A stretch of 32,000 bases of DNA from Labrenzia sp. CE80 (GCF_009650605.1 NZ_WAJT01000001.1:1449441-1481440), one strand, 5' to 3'. Positions 1 through 12,435 are shown, counted from the stretch's first letter. Translations and numbers: made by a program. Notes: generated from the letters alone by a model not told the origin.

Positions 1-1693
1 TGCCGCCGCGACGCTGCGCCCGGTAGGTGGCCAGCGGCACGCGTTTGATGTAGCCGCCATGAGACACGGTCACGACCATGTCCTCGCGCTGGATCAGATC
101 CTCTTCATCGAAATCGGCTCCGCCATCAACGATTTCCGTGCGACGGGGCGTCGCAAATTCGTTCTTGATGTCGAGCATTTCGGTGCGGACGATATCCTGG
201 ATGCGCTTGCGCGAACGCAGGATCTCGAGATACTCGGCGATTTCCGCACCGATCTTGTTCAGCTCTTCCTCGATCTCGTCGCGACCCATCGCCGTCAAAC
301 GCTGTAGGCGCAGTTCCAAAATCGCACGCGCTTGTTCTTCAGACAGCTTGTAGGTGCCATCTTCCTGAACCATATGGCGCGGATCGTCGATCAGGAGGAT
401 AAGCGAACGCACATCCTGTGCCGGCCAATTGCGCTCCATCAACTGCTGTCTCGCAGTTGCAGGGTCCGGAGCCGCGCGGATCAGTTTGATCACCTCATCG
501 ATATTGGCAACGGCGATACCCAGACCAACCAAGATGTGTGCCCGGTCGCGGCACTTTCTCAGCAGGTATCGGGTCCGGCGACCAATGACTTCCTCGCGGA
601 AGGCAACGAAGGCCTTCAGCATGTCGGACAAGTTCATCAATTCCGGCTTGCCACCGTTCAAGGCAACCATGTTGCAGCCAAATGAGCTCTGCAACTGCGA
701 GAAACGATAAAGCTGGTTCAGCACAACGTCTGCAACCGCGTCACGCTTCAACTCGATCACAACGCGCATTCCGGAACGGTCGCTTTCGTCGCGAATGTCG
801 GAAATGCCCTCGATACGTTTGTCGCGGACAGCCTCGGCGATCTTTTCGATCATGGAGGACTTGTTCACTTGGTACGGAATTTCCGAAACGATCAGGGCAA
901 AGCGGTCCTTGCGGATCTCTTCGACTTCAACCTTGCCGCGCATCACGACAGAGCCGCGGCCACTCTCGAACGCGGAGCGGATGCCGGAACGGCCTAGAAT
1001 AATGCCGCCGGTCGGAAAATCCGGGCCAGGGACAATTTCCATCAGCTCTTCAAGCGTCATCGCCGGATTTTCCATCATCGCGATGGAAGCATCGATCACT
1101 TCACCCAGATTGTGCGGCGGAATATTTGTCGCCATCCCGACGGCAATACCGCCAGCGCCATTGACGAGCAGATTCGGGAACTTTGCGGGAAGGACGACCG
1201 GTTCGCTTTCGGAGTTGTCGTAGTTCTCCTGAAAGTCGACCGTGTCCTTGTCGATGTCGTCGAGGAGCTTGTGGGCCACCTTCTGCAGACGACACTCGGT
1301 GTAGCGCATGGCTGCCGCCGGGTCGCCATCGATCGAGCCAAAGTTGCCCTGGCCGTCGATCAAAGGCAGGCGCAATGAGAAGGTCTGCGCCATACGCACA
1401 AGCGCATCGTAAATCGCACTGTCGCCGTGCGGATGGTATTTACCCATCACGTCCCCGACCACGCGGGCCGATTTGCGATAGGGCTTGTTCCACTCGTAGC
1501 CGTTCTCATGCATCGAATACAGAATGCGACGATGCACCGGTTTCAGACCGTCTCGAACATCGGGAAGCGCGCGGCTCACGATCACGCTCATGGCGTAATC
1601 GAGATAGCTTCGCTTCATTTCGTCGACGATGGAAATCGGCTTGATATCGGACGGCGAGGCGCCGCCCGAAGTGCTGTTATCCTGATCAGCCAA
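1..1693 (-). CDS. gyrA: DNA gyrase subunit A, N-terminal ~564 codons; the gene continues past the left edge
   Basis: Minus-strand translation from TTG at 1693 gives [66 protein letters not shown]...[20 protein letters not shown]...[12 protein letters not shown], the GyrA N-terminus with the active-site Tyr motif. An in-frame TGA four codons upstream leaves TTG as the only start. It is missing from the ORF track because there is no stop codon in the window. Confidence 0.93.
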   Translation of the reverse strand, partial: MADQDNSTSGGASPSDIKPISIVDEMKRSYLDYAMSVIVSRALPDVRDGLKPVHRRILYSMHENGYEWNKPYRKSARVVGDVMGKYHPHGDSAIYDALVRMAQTFSLRLPLIDGQGNFGSIDGDPAAAMRYTECRLQKVAHKLLDDIDKDTVDFQENYDNSESEPVVLPAKFPNLLVNGAGGIAVGMATNIPPHNLGEVIDASIAMMENPAMTLEELMEIVPGPDFPTGGIILGRSGIRSAFESGRGSVVMRGKVEVEEIRKDRFALIVSEIPYQVNKSSMIEKIAEAVRDKRIEGISDIRDESDRSGMRVVIELKRDAVADVVLNQLYRFSQLQSSFGCNMVALNGGKPELMNLSDMLKAFVAFREEVIGRRTRYLLRKCRDRAHILVGLGIAVANIDEVIKLIRAAPDPATARQQLMERNWPAQDVRSLILLIDDPRHMVQEDGTYKLSEEQARAILELRLQRLTAMGRDEIEEELNKIGAEIAEYLEILRSRKRIQDIVRTEMLDIKNEFATPRRTEIVDGGADFDEEDLIQREDMVVTVSHGGYIKRVPLATYRAQRRGG

Positions 1694-1918
1694 GGATTGA
1701 ACTCATATCGTTGTTATTGCTTTTTCTTTTATATCCGATTCATCAATTTGAACCAAATATGACAGTCATTTTCGGAATGCGTTTACGTCATAATATTCAA
1801 CGGCTTACGAGCGTCATGCACAGGCTCGAAAATAGATTTGAAAACCACCGGTGATCAAAGCCGCTTCAGAGCTGTAAGATGCCCGGAAAAAGCCCCCATT
1901 CTGGAGCGTGAGTGAGCC

Positions 1919-2551
1919 ATGTTCGACTATTTCATCAATGCATTTGCCACGCTTTTCGTCACCATCGATCCGGTCGGACTGGCACCGATGTTCCTCGCGG
2001 TTACCTCGGGGCTTTCTGCTCACGATCGCCGGCGCGTCGCCATTCGGGCGACGGTGACCGCAGCCGGCATCCTGATGCTTTTCTTCGTGGCAGGTCAGAC
2101 CGTCCTCAATGTGCTTGGCATCTCCGTGTCCGCGTTCCGCGTCGCTGGCGGCATTCTGCTGTTTCTGATCGCAATCGAGATGGTTTTCGGCAAGCGCGCC
2201 GCACGGAAGTCAGAAACGGCTGAAAAAGCCGTTGAGGACAATCCTCCAAGTGATGTCCACGAAGTGGCTATCTTCCCGCTTGCGATCCCCTTGATCGCCG
2301 GCCCGGCGGCCATTTCGGCCATCATTCTTCTATCAGGCCAGGCTCCTGATACCCTCACCTACGCCGGGCTTGGGGCCGTCATCGTCACCATCCTGGGGCT
2401 GTGTCTGGTCGCCTTCCTTCTGGCGGACAAACTTGAGCGACTGATGGGCGACACAGCTCAGCTGGTGATCACACGGCTGCTTGGAGTGCTCCTTGCAGCC
2501 CTCTCTATTCAGTTTATTGCCGACGGGGTTCTCGTGCTTGCGTCCGGCTGA
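1919..2551 (+). CDS. MarC-family (UPF0056/NAAT) integral membrane protein
   Basis: 210-aa ORF. The N-terminus MFDYFINAFATLFVTIDPVGLAPMFLAVT is the MarC-family signature, and the protein has multiple hydrophobic helices. Confidence 0.85.
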   Translation: MFDYFINAFATLFVTIDPVGLAPMFLAVTSGLSAHDRRRVAIRATVTAAGILMLFFVAGQTVLNVLGISVSAFRVAGGILLFLIAIEMVFGKRAARKSETAEKAVEDNPPSDVHEVAIFPLAIPLIAGPAAISAIILLSGQAPDTLTYAGLGAVIVTILGLCLVAFLLADKLERLMGDTAQLVITRLLGVLLAALSIQFIADGVLVLASG

Positions 2552-2558
2552 CACGCGA

Positions 2559-2933
2559 CTATCGTGTCAAAGTGACCTCCAACGTTTCCTCGGCGAAGCC
2601 ATGTACGGTGTCGCGTGCACGAATTATGACCTTTGAAATATCATCGGGAATCCGAACGCCACCCAGACTGCGCGTGAAAGGCTGCTCATTGACATGCGGA
2701 TGTGCCAGCACCCGTTCTCCCAGGATGCCTCCATCCGGCGTCAGGACCTGCCATAAATCCGCGTAATGATCCCAGCCCTCATCTTCATGACGGAGGGTGA
2801 CGCTGAAGCGCCACAGACCATCGTTCTCGATGGCATCTACAGCCTCAATCTTCACCTCCCCGGCAAGCGCTGTTCCGGCGAGGAACACCGAGACAAGAGA
2901 AGCATAGATACATGACATCAAGCAGCGGCTCAT
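2559..2933 (-). CDS. Small secreted or periplasmic hypothetical protein
   Basis: 124-aa ORF with a signal-peptide-like N-terminus (CIYASLVSVFLAGTALA|GEV). It is convergent with the MarC gene, with a 7-nt gap. No family was recognised. Confidence 0.6.
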   Translation of the reverse strand: MSRCLMSCIYASLVSVFLAGTALAGEVKIEAVDAIENDGLWRFSVTLRHEDEGWDHYADLWQVLTPDGGILGERVLAHPHVNEQPFTRSLGGVRIPDDISKVIIRARDTVHGFAEETLEVTLTR

Positions 2934-3137
2934 TGGGTTACTCCAGATAGGTCATCACGCTTAAACAAGGCATCGGATCCTCGCCGATCCGTCCACCTTC
3001 GCGAAATCAAAAGCACGTCATGAAATTGTCTCTGACCGGCTGTCACAGCCAGCCTTCAGACCGATTGGGCATCAAGCGGCAACGCATTTGATGCGCCGAA
3101 TGGTACAGCGAAAATGCGCGCGCCCCAGGTCTGAAGT

Positions 3138-3509
3138 TCAGCGCACTATCTTCTGGTTTCCGTATTCCTCCGGCCACAGTTCCTTATTCGTATCGCCCCA
3201 TTGCTTCAACGCCAGAATTACTGGCTCAAGGCTGCGGCCACGTTCTGTGAGGGCATATTCCACCTTCGGCGGAATGACCGGATAGACTGTCCGGGAAATC
3301 AAGCCATCTGCTTCAAGTGAGCGCAACTGGTTGGTCAACATACGCTGGGTAACGCTTGGCAGTTTCTTGCGAATTTCGTTGAACCGCAGAGTGCTGTCGA
3401 GAAGATGGTACAGCACAACGCCTTTCCATTTGCCGTCAATAAGGCTCAGAGTTGCTTCAACCGCACAGCCTGGACTGCATTCGAAACTCGTGTGTCGGGC
3501 ACGTACCAT
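3138..3509 (-). CDS. HxlR-family winged-helix transcriptional regulator
   Basis: CAVEATLSLIDGKWKGVVLYHLLDSTLRFNEIRKKLPSVTQRMLTNQLRSLEADGLISRTVYPVIPPKVEYALTERG is a typical HxlR domain. The ATG at 3509 has an AAGGA SD 8 nt upstream; the track start at 3539 is a TTG. Confidence 0.85.
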   Translation of the reverse strand: MVRARHTSFECSPGCAVEATLSLIDGKWKGVVLYHLLDSTLRFNEIRKKLPSVTQRMLTNQLRSLEADGLISRTVYPVIPPKVEYALTERGRSLEPVILALKQWGDTNKELWPEEYGNQKIVR

Positions 3510-3544
3510 TACAGTGTCCTTTGATATACCTAGTTTCAATAAGT

Positions 3545-3555
3545 ACGCTTAGCGT
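3545..3555. promoter_or_regulatory. Candidate operator palindrome in the divergent hxlR/oxidoreductase intergenic region
   Basis: ACGCT-T-AGCGT is a perfect 5-1-5 inverted repeat. It lies about 36 nt upstream of the hxlR ATG and about 72 nt upstream of the divergent ATG at 3627. The call is positional inference only. Confidence 0.2.
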
Positions 3556-3626
3556 TATCTATGTGCGTTCTTGTCTTGAGAGACGATATGCGCCAAATCG
3601 ACTAATAGCAATTCAGGAGCTTTGAT

Positions 3627-4655
3627 ATGCGTGCTATTGGTTATGAAAAATCCCTCCCGATCACTGATGACAATGCGCTCATCGATATAGACCTGCCACG
3701 TCCTGAGCCGCTCGGTTCAGATATTCTCGTGGAGGTTCGAGCCGTTTCGGTGAATCCTGTCGACACCAAGGTTCGCATGCGGGCGGAACCGGAGGCCGGC
3801 GACTACAAGGTTCTCGGCTGGGACGCCACCGGTATCGTGGTCGCCAAAGGTTCGGATGTGACAAGTTTCGAGGTCGGCGATGAGGTCTTTTATGCCGGCG
3901 ACGTCACGCGCCCGGGCACCAACGCCGAATTTCACCTTGTTGATGAACGTATCGTTGGCCGAAAGCCGAAAAGCCTCTCCTGGGCAGAAGCCGCAGCTCT
4001 TCCACTAACCGCCATCACGGCATGGGAGACGCTTTTTGATCGCTTGAACATCAACGCAGCGATTCCCGGAGCGCCGTCCGTCCTTCTCATCATTGGCGGC
4101 GCTGGCGGCGTTGGTTCTATCGCCGTTCAACTGGCCAGCAAGCTCACGGACATTACGGTAATCGCGACTGCTTCACGACCGGAGACCCGCGAATGGGTTC
4201 TGAACCTTGGCGCAGATCATGTCGTCGACCATTCAAAGCCGCTTGCGAAACAAATTGCGGACCTCGACCTCGGCGCAGCGGCCTATGTCTTTTCAACCAC
4301 CAACACGGACGATCACCTGTCAGAGATTGCCGAACTGATCGCGCCACAAGGTCGCTTTTCACTGATTGACGACCCAGCAGGCCTCGACATCAGTCCCTTC
4401 AAGCGCAAGAGCGTTTCGACCCACTGGGAGTTCATGTTCACCCGCTCCATGTTCAAAACGACTGATATGGCAGAGCAGGGCAAGCTGCTCAACGAGATCT
4501 CGAAACACGTCGACGAGGGCACCCTCAAGACCACGCTTGGCGAAAATTTCGGGACGATCAGTGCCCAGAATTTGAGGCGCGCGCATCAATTCATCGAAAG
4601 CGGCAAGGCCAAGGGCAAGATCGTCCTGGAAGGCTTTGAAACGACTGTCGACTAA
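3627..4655 (+). CDS. Zinc-binding alcohol dehydrogenase-family / quinone oxidoreductase-like protein (MDR superfamily)
   Basis: 342-aa ORF with an AGGAG SD. It has the MDR pattern (VEVRAVSVNPVDTKVR...; Rossmann motif LLIIGGAGGVGSIAVQLA; C-terminal GKAKGKIVL). It forms a classic divergent pair with an HxlR regulator. Confidence 0.85.
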   Translation: MRAIGYEKSLPITDDNALIDIDLPRPEPLGSDILVEVRAVSVNPVDTKVRMRAEPEAGDYKVLGWDATGIVVAKGSDVTSFEVGDEVFYAGDVTRPGTNAEFHLVDERIVGRKPKSLSWAEAAALPLTAITAWETLFDRLNINAAIPGAPSVLLIIGGAGGVGSIAVQLASKLTDITVIATASRPETREWVLNLGADHVVDHSKPLAKQIADLDLGAAAYVFSTTNTDDHLSEIAELIAPQGRFSLIDDPAGLDISPFKRKSVSTHWEFMFTRSMFKTTDMAEQGKLLNEISKHVDEGTLKTTLGENFGTISAQNLRRAHQFIESGKAKGKIVLEGFETTVD

Positions 4656-4683
4656 GCGCCATCTTTTAGTTGGAAATTAGCCT

Positions 4684-4721
4684 CCTGCCTGTCAGACACC
4701 CTTAGCGGACCGACAGGCAGG
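4684..4721. terminator. Possible bidirectional terminator hairpin between convergent genes
   Basis: A 10-bp perfect inverted repeat, CCTGCCTGTC...GACAGGCAGG, with an 18-nt loop. It sits between the stop at 4655 (+) and the stop at 4858 (-). There is no strong U-tract. Confidence 0.35.
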
Positions 4722-4857
4722 CTGTTCTGGATTGCAGCAATCTATGGGGGGCTGTCGCTACCAAACAGAAACTGCGCACCCGTGGAAGATTTGCGGCGAC
4801 CGAATGAAGACTGAACGCCGCATCCGCTACTTCCTTAGTAGACCAGGCCACTTTGTT

Positions 4858-5526
4858 TCAAATCAGTCGCGTGTCACTTGCCCTGAGCAAAAATGTCAAT
4901 CTGACGAGCGGGGATGTATTGTTTCCGGATCTGTGTTTCGCCAGAAAGTCGAAAACAACGGTTTCACCGAAACTAGTTTCGGCCACAGTGGAGCTTTTTG
5001 GAGGCGTGCATTCGACACGGAAAAAACGCTTCCTTTGGTTGTCCATAAACCGCGATTCATGTTCTTGAAAATCCTGCTCTGCTTCTTCGGCTACCAGCAG
5101 CGCCCCATTTTCCTCGGCCGCGTCATGCAGTATCGTCGACAAGACGATACTTTGTGTTGTGCAGTCGCCTTTGGGCAAATAGTAGGCTGCCTCCTGATGC
5201 CACGGCAGCAGCATTTTTTGTGAATCGCTTTTAAACTGATCTGGCAAATCCACCCGGAAGTGCGGAAACACGATCTTGGTATAGCTTTTTTCGATACCAA
5301 GGTGTTCGCTTGCGAGCATCAGCCATTCATCATCTCTTACGAGCGCCTCGAACTCACTCGAATTTAGCGCGCGGTCTTGAATATCAGCTGCAAGATTGTT
5401 GCCGCCCGTGTGTGCGTCACACAGCGCCTGCGAGAATTCCGTGTGTGTCGACGTGCCTGCCAAGCCGAATACGAAGTCTCTAAATTCAGTGAGCTTGTCC
5501 GAAGACTCAAGTTTCGCAATTTGCAT
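4858..5526 (-). CDS. PhyH-like Fe(II)/2-oxoglutarate dioxygenase (putative)
   Basis: 222-aa ORF. LLPWHQEAAYY resembles the PhyH WHQD motif with an H-x-E variant. The distal AKHRSGNNTSPLVRLTF resembles the H-x-S-x-x-N...R motif. The start lies 15 nt after the upstream methyltransferase stop, with a GGTGGGA SD. Confidence 0.55.
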   Translation of the reverse strand: MQIAKLESSDKLTEFRDFVFGLAGTSTHTEFSQALCDAHTGGNNLAADIQDRALNSSEFEALVRDDEWLMLASEHLGIEKSYTKIVFPHFRVDLPDQFKSDSQKMLLPWHQEAAYYLPKGDCTTQSIVLSTILHDAAEENGALLVAEEAEQDFQEHESRFMDNQRKRFFRVECTPPKSSTVAETSFGETVVFDFLAKHRSGNNTSPLVRLTFLLRASDTRLI

Positions 5527-5541
5527 AGCGTTCCCACCATT

Positions 5542-6306
5542 CTAAAGGATCGTGTAAGCGGCCATCGAGGCCTCCCGAACCCTTTTCAATCCGATGTTTT
5601 CGAGGCCAAGCGCCTCCATCACGGCAAGGGTTTCACCCGGGTAGTCCAGATGGTTGATTTCATCGAACACGATGATCGAGCCCTTTGCCATGTGCCTGCG
5701 GACCGCCTTGAGAACATCCAAAGTGGGCCGGTACAGATCAATATCCAAGTGCAAGAGGCCGATAACGGTCGACGGATGCTTCTCGAGGTATTCAGGGAGC
5801 GTGAGCGAAATGTCGCCTTTCACGAGAAATACCTTGCCAATGTTTCCGATCAATCGGTTTTGATCATAAAACTCAATGGCTTTTTCCAGATATCCGTAGC
5901 TGTCGTAGGAGAGGCCGCCCGACTTCATATGCTTGGCGTTTGACGTCCGATCTTGCTCGGATGGTTCCGTGAAGCCGTCGAACGTATCGAATCCGACAAT
6001 TTTTCGCGTGTAATGATGCGGTTCGTAGATAGATGAAAAATGAGCCATGCTCATCAGAAACTCGCCACCAGCAACACCACATTCGAATATGTCACCGGGA
6101 ATGTTTTCAACAAGCTCCCAATAACGGAGTGTTTCCAACATACGCGTTACTTTTTGGCGAGTGGAGAAGACCGGAAAGATATCGGCCAACAAGTGTGGCA
6201 GGAGCCGACCATTGTCCAAATAAGACTGCCGCTCATTGTACCAGTCGATTTGCGAGTTTGTGTTGCGTGTGACCTCGATATTGTCGAGGGTCTTATCTCG
6301 TTCCAT
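5542..6306 (-). CDS. TylF/MycF-family (macrocin O-methyltransferase-like) class I SAM-dependent methyltransferase
   Basis: 254-aa ORF. GDIFECGVAGGEFLMSMAHF is the SAM-binding motif, and LLHLDIDLYRPTLDVLKAVRRHMAKGSIIVFDE is a typical TylF C-terminal block. Confidence 0.8.
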   Translation of the reverse strand: MERDKTLDNIEVTRNTNSQIDWYNERQSYLDNGRLLPHLLADIFPVFSTRQKVTRMLETLRYWELVENIPGDIFECGVAGGEFLMSMAHFSSIYEPHHYTRKIVGFDTFDGFTEPSEQDRTSNAKHMKSGGLSYDSYGYLEKAIEFYDQNRLIGNIGKVFLVKGDISLTLPEYLEKHPSTVIGLLHLDIDLYRPTLDVLKAVRRHMAKGSIIVFDEINHLDYPGETLAVMEALGLENIGLKRVREASMAAYTIL

Positions 6307-6511
6307 GCATTTACCTCAACGAATTCGATGAGGAAAACGCTAACAATCCAAATTCGTGAAACCCAGCCCGTTCACGTTGTCTCGGTCTTTTGTCCACGAG
6401 TATTAGATGCAAGATCCAATTGGGAGCAGGTTGGCTTTAACCATTTGAGCGAACAGCCTGCCAAACCCACGCCCTTGCACACAACTAGATCTGCTAACCC
6501 TGACGTGGGGA

Positions 6512-8083
6512 TCATTCCCACTCGATGGTGCCGGGGGGCTTGGAGGTGATATCATAGGTGCAGCGGTTGATGCCCTGCACCTCATTGATAATCCGCGTGG
6601 CGGTTTCGCCAAGGAACTCGTGAGTGAAGGGATAATAATCCGCCGTCATGCCGTCGACCGAGGTTACAGCCCGAAGCGCACAGGCGTAATCATAGGTGCG
6701 GCCGTCGCCCATGACGCCGACGGTGCGAACCGGCAGGATCGCGACAAAGGCCTGCCAGATCTCATCGTAAAGACCGTGTTTGCGGATCTGGTCGATATAG
6801 ACTGCATCTGCCTTGCGGAGAATGTCCAACTTTTCGCCCGTGATCTCCCCCGGGCACCGGATCGCAAGGCCTGGCCCCGGGAATGGGTGTCGACCGATGA
6901 AGCTGTCTGGCAGACCGAGTTCGCGGCCAAGCGCACGGACTTCATCCTTGAAGAGTTCGCGCAGCGGTTCAACAAGCTTGAGGCCCATCTTTTCCGGCAG
7001 TCCACCCACATTATGGTGGGACTTGATGGTAACAGACGGACCACCTGAAAAACTGACGCTTTCGATCACATCCGGATAGAGCGTGCCCTGAGCGAGGAAT
7101 TCCGCGCCATCGATCTCGTTGGCGTATTTCTGGAAGACATCGATAAAGAGCTTGCCGATAATCTTGCGCTTGGTTTCCGGATCCGACACGCCTTCAAGGT
7201 TGGACAGAAACAGCTTGCTCTCATCGGCATGGATCAACGGAATATTGTAGTGATCGCGGAACATGGTGACCACTTCGTCGGCTTCGTTCTGACGCAAAAG
7301 CCCATGGTCAACAAAAACGCATGTCAGCTGATCACCAATTGCTTCATGGATCAAAACGGCAGCGACCGAACTGTCGACGCCGCCCGACAATCCGCAGATG
7401 ACCTTCTTGTCACCAACCTGTTCGCGGATCTTCGCGATGGCTTCTTCGCGATAGGCGCCCATGGTCCAGTCGCCCTTGAAGCCGGCCGCACGGACGAAGT
7501 TCTCATACAGCATCTTGCCATTCGGCGTGTGATGCACTTCTGGATGAAACTGCACCGCATAGAAGTGCCGTTCAACGTCTGCCGTGACCGCGTAGGGCGC
7601 GTTCGGCGAGGTACCAAACACCTCAAAGCCAGGCGCAATCTTGCTGACGTGGTCGCCGTGGCTCATCCACACCTGTTCTTTGCCTTCGGCAAACCAACCT
7701 TGCAGAATGGAGAGTGGCTCACCTGCAGGCGTAACAAATGCGCGTCCAAACTCGGCGGTGCCGCCACCGCCTGAAATCTTGCCGCCATCCACCTGACCGC
7801 CCAGGTCCTGCATCATCACCTGCTGCCCGTAGCAGATGCCCAGGATCGGCACGCCGAGCTCATAGACCGTCATCGGCGGTCTCGGAGATCCCTCGCGCAC
7901 GACAGAGTCAGGCCCACCTGAGAAGATCACCGCCCTCGGCTTAAACTCTGCGAGGAAGGCGTCAGTGACCTTCTGATAAGGATGAATTTCACAAAAGACG
8001 TTCAGTTCGCGCAAGCGACGCGCAATGAGCTGCGTAACCTGAGAACCGAAATCGATGATGAGGAGGCGATCATGCTGGGTCAT
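6512..8083 (-). CDS. guaA: GMP synthase (glutamine-hydrolysing)
   Basis: 523 aa, running [33 protein letters not shown]...[22 protein letters not shown]...PPGTIEWE. It has full-length GATase, ATP-PPase and dimerisation-domain signatures. Confidence 0.97.
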   Translation of the reverse strand: MTQHDRLLIIDFGSQVTQLIARRLRELNVFCEIHPYQKVTDAFLAEFKPRAVIFSGGPDSVVREGSPRPPMTVYELGVPILGICYGQQVMMQDLGGQVDGGKISGGGGTAEFGRAFVTPAGEPLSILQGWFAEGKEQVWMSHGDHVSKIAPGFEVFGTSPNAPYAVTADVERHFYAVQFHPEVHHTPNGKMLYENFVRAAGFKGDWTMGAYREEAIAKIREQVGDKKVICGLSGGVDSSVAAVLIHEAIGDQLTCVFVDHGLLRQNEADEVVTMFRDHYNIPLIHADESKLFLSNLEGVSDPETKRKIIGKLFIDVFQKYANEIDGAEFLAQGTLYPDVIESVSFSGGPSVTIKSHHNVGGLPEKMGLKLVEPLRELFKDEVRALGRELGLPDSFIGRHPFPGPGLAIRCPGEITGEKLDILRKADAVYIDQIRKHGLYDEIWQAFVAILPVRTVGVMGDGRTYDYACALRAVTSVDGMTADYYPFTHEFLGETATRIINEVQGINRCTYDITSKPPGTIEWE

Positions 8084-8388
8084 GGCAAGCTTCTAAACGG
8101 ATAGCGTCTTAAATTGAAGCTGAAAAACGCGCCAAACGCGCGGCTTTCCACCTCTCCTGAACGGACTCGAGGCTCGTTGGGCTTTGTTCGAGCGCTGCTG
8201 CTCGCCAGAAGTTTGCACAAGCAAATCGACCGGTGCTGCCGTGACCTTTGCCACGGAGGATCTTTCGCCTCAAAGGCGGGTTAGAGTGAGAGGAGACGAT
8301 TCGTTGTAGTTTCGTGGGCAGATCTCCAGTTGGCCAGACCAAACAGTTTGCCCGGCGCAAATGCTCGCAAAGGATTTTGGAACGGCAA

Positions 8389-9465
8389 ATGACGACACCG
8401 GCTCGTGAAGCCTTCGACGAGGCACTGAAACATGAGAGGCAGGGAGATCAGGAAGCTGCGCTTTCTGCATATCTCAACGCGCTTGAAGCCGATCCGGATG
8501 ACATCGAAATTGCCTATCGGACCGCGACGGCCTTGCTAAGGGCCGGCTACCTTGAAGAAGCCGCCTCACAGCTGCGCCGGATTGTCTTTGTCGAGCCCGA
8601 TCATCTCCAGGCACGGGCGAATCTTGGCAACTGCCAGCTTCTGCTCGACGATTTGAGCAATGCCGAAAGCAATTTCGAGGAGGTTCTGGCCGCCTCGCCT
8701 GACAATCACAACGCGCTCTATGGACTGGCGACAGTTCGATTGCGGCAGGACAAGACGCAAAGCGCCCTCGCACCGGCGGAGCGTTTGATGGCCCTCCTGC
8801 CCGAAAATGCACCTGCTTTGACGCTCTATGCTCAGATTACTGCGAAAGATCCGCAAGCCTCTCGTGCTGCGGCTGCCTATCACAAGGCTCTAGGGCTCGA
8901 TCCATCCTATATCCCCGCTCTTACAGGCCTGTCTGAACTGCTGATCCGGCGAAAGCGATACGATGAAGCGCTGACTTATGCGGACAAAGCCCTGAAGTTG
9001 TCGCCAGAATCGGCCAATCTCCACAAACTGGTCGCTGAAGCCCATTTTGCCGCCGGCAATCTGGACTTTGCCAAGAGCGCCTATTGGGCAGCTCTTACGC
9101 GCGCGACAGACGACAAGACCTCAATCCTGACGTCACTCAGCGTTGTTTGCCGAAAGCTTGGTGACGGCGAAGCTGCACTTGTTCATGCGCATCGCGCGTT
9201 TGAGAAGGCGCCTGACCGCAAAGATGCTGGGAATGCTCTGGGAGCCGCCTTGAAGGTGCTCGGTCATCCCAAAGACGCCAGAGCCATCTTGACCGCGACA
9301 GCGCAAAACAGGCCGTTGGATGAAGTCTTGACAACTCGGATCGCTCGATTGTCCGCAGAAATACGTTTGGCCGCGAGTTCAGCGCCGGGGCAAGACACCC
9401 GTGACAACCCGACAGAACAGGTTGGAAATCCCATCGGGTCTCCAGAACGTCCCGGCGACATCTAG
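8389..9465 (+). CDS. Tetratricopeptide-repeat (TPR) protein
   Basis: Repeated A-x-x-x-Y/L-x-x-A-L-x-x-x-P-d TPR units (ALSAYLNALEADPDD, NFEEVLAASPDN, AYHKALGLDPSY, YADKALKLSPES). The first ATG is at 8389; the track ORF begins at a GTG at 8314. Confidence 0.75.
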   Translation: MTTPAREAFDEALKHERQGDQEAALSAYLNALEADPDDIEIAYRTATALLRAGYLEEAASQLRRIVFVEPDHLQARANLGNCQLLLDDLSNAESNFEEVLAASPDNHNALYGLATVRLRQDKTQSALAPAERLMALLPENAPALTLYAQITAKDPQASRAAAAYHKALGLDPSYIPALTGLSELLIRRKRYDEALTYADKALKLSPESANLHKLVAEAHFAAGNLDFAKSAYWAALTRATDDKTSILTSLSVVCRKLGDGEAALVHAHRAFEKAPDRKDAGNALGAALKVLGHPKDARAILTATAQNRPLDEVLTTRIARLSAEIRLAASSAPGQDTRDNPTEQVGNPIGSPERPGDI

Positions 9466-9487
9466 CGTCGGAACTGTTTTGTTGGAC

Positions 9488-10780
9488 TTATGACTCGCGT
9501 TTCAGAAGCGCAATGAAGAAACCATCGGTGTCTGTCGACGCCGGTGTAAGCGTGAGCTCGCCCCGATCGGAAATATAGGCCGGCAGATGATCCGGGCCGA
9601 ACATCTTCGCCCAGTCGTCGACAACCGGAACCAGCTTGAAATCTTCGTTTTCTGCCAGAAAGTGCGTGACCTGATCGGCGTTTTCTTCCGGCAGCAGCGA
9701 GCAAGTTGCATAGACTATCCGGCCGCCCGGCTTGACGAACATGCGCGCGTTTTCGAGAACCTTGCGCTGCTCTATCAGTCGGTCCTCAAGGGCTTTTTCC
9801 GTCAGCTTCCACTTGGAGTCCGGACGGCGTCGCCAGACACCTGTGCCCGTGCAAGGAGCATCGATGAACACAAGATCCATCTGCCCTTTCAGCGCCTCGA
9901 GATCTGAGCTCGCCGGATCTTTGACCTGGACATTGCGAACCCCGGAGCGTTGAAGGCGCTCATGGATCGGCGCCAGACGAAGGCGATCAGCGTCATAGGC
10001 ATAGATCTGCCCTTTGTTCTCCATGGCTGCTGCCAGCGCAAGGGTCTTGCCGCCGCCTCCGGCGCACAGGTCGAGAACCTGTTCGCCAGGTTTCGCTCCT
10101 GCAAGAGCTGCCGCGATCTGGCTGGCCTCGTCCTGCAATTCGAACCAGCCCTTACGATAGCCCTCCTCGGCCTGGACATGCGGCATGCGGCCCGCCCCCG
10201 GCTTTGGCGCAATTCTAAGAGCTGTCGGTGTGATCGTGGTCGGCTCGGCACCTGCATGCGCCAAGCGCTTATGCAATTTTTCGCGGTCAGATTTCAGGGT
10301 ATTGACGCGCAAATCGATCGGAGCTCGTTGCGCGAGCGCCCTGCCCTCGATCACGGCCTTTTCACCGAATTGCTTTTCGAACGAAGGCCAGAGCCAGTCG
10401 GGAACATCGGCCGCATCATGTGGAAGTGTTTCATCGGAAACGTCAGCTTTGAGCGAAACTTCTTCCGCTTCACTCAAGGTATCCGGTGCATGGTGATCTT
10501 CGGAAAGGACCGTCTGCAGACGTTCAAGACCATTTTCCCAAGTCAACACATAGGTTGCCAGAACCAGCAGACGCGGATCGCGGCTGCCGACACGGGCACC
10601 AAGGCTCGCCTTGTGCCGAAGCGCATCAAAGACCAAATTCCCGATGACCGTACGGTCGCCAGATCCGGCGAAGCGATGGGATGCACCCCAATCGCGAAGA
10701 GCAAGCTGCACTGGCCGATGGCGCTCGAACACCTCGGAAAGAACTTCGATTGCAGCTGACAGACGGCCGCCATCTTTCAT
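9488..10780 (-). CDS. RsmB/NOP-family rRNA cytosine-C5 methyltransferase
   Basis: VLDLCAGGGGKTLALA is the SAM motif, and DRVFIDAPCTGTGVWRRRPD is present here as DLVFIDAPCTGTGVWRRRPD. The catalytic Cys lies in YATCSLLPEEN. The start is ambiguous (10780 MKDGG... or 10828). Confidence 0.85.
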   Translation of the reverse strand: MKDGGRLSAAIEVLSEVFERHRPVQLALRDWGASHRFAGSGDRTVIGNLVFDALRHKASLGARVGSRDPRLLVLATYVLTWENGLERLQTVLSEDHHAPDTLSEAEEVSLKADVSDETLPHDAADVPDWLWPSFEKQFGEKAVIEGRALAQRAPIDLRVNTLKSDREKLHKRLAHAGAEPTTITPTALRIAPKPGAGRMPHVQAEEGYRKGWFELQDEASQIAAALAGAKPGEQVLDLCAGGGGKTLALAAAMENKGQIYAYDADRLRLAPIHERLQRSGVRNVQVKDPASSDLEALKGQMDLVFIDAPCTGTGVWRRRPDSKWKLTEKALEDRLIEQRKVLENARMFVKPGGRIVYATCSLLPEENADQVTHFLAENEDFKLVPVVDDWAKMFGPDHLPAYISDRGELTLTPASTDTDGFFIALLKRES

Positions 10781-10833
10781 GGACTGAACTCCAAAGCGCC
10801 GGCCTGCAACGCGCGCAGACCGGGCCAATTTCT

Positions 10834-12435
<1,602 letters not shown>

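Noticed and set aside
1-1693. Functional link between gyrA in this window and the Qnr-like pentapeptide-repeat domain 15 kb away
   Set aside because: The genes are separated by a dozen unrelated housekeeping genes and by the prophage boundary. The insertion site of a Mu-like phage is essentially random, so co-localisation carries no information.
6307-6511. Island att-site duplication of the guaA 3' end flanking the methyltransferase/dioxygenase islet
   Set aside because: I looked for a repeat of the guaA terminal sequence (…CCACTCGATGGTGCC…) within 4656-6511 and found none by eye. No integrase or transposase is present. The islet is reported only as a compositional and gene-content oddity.
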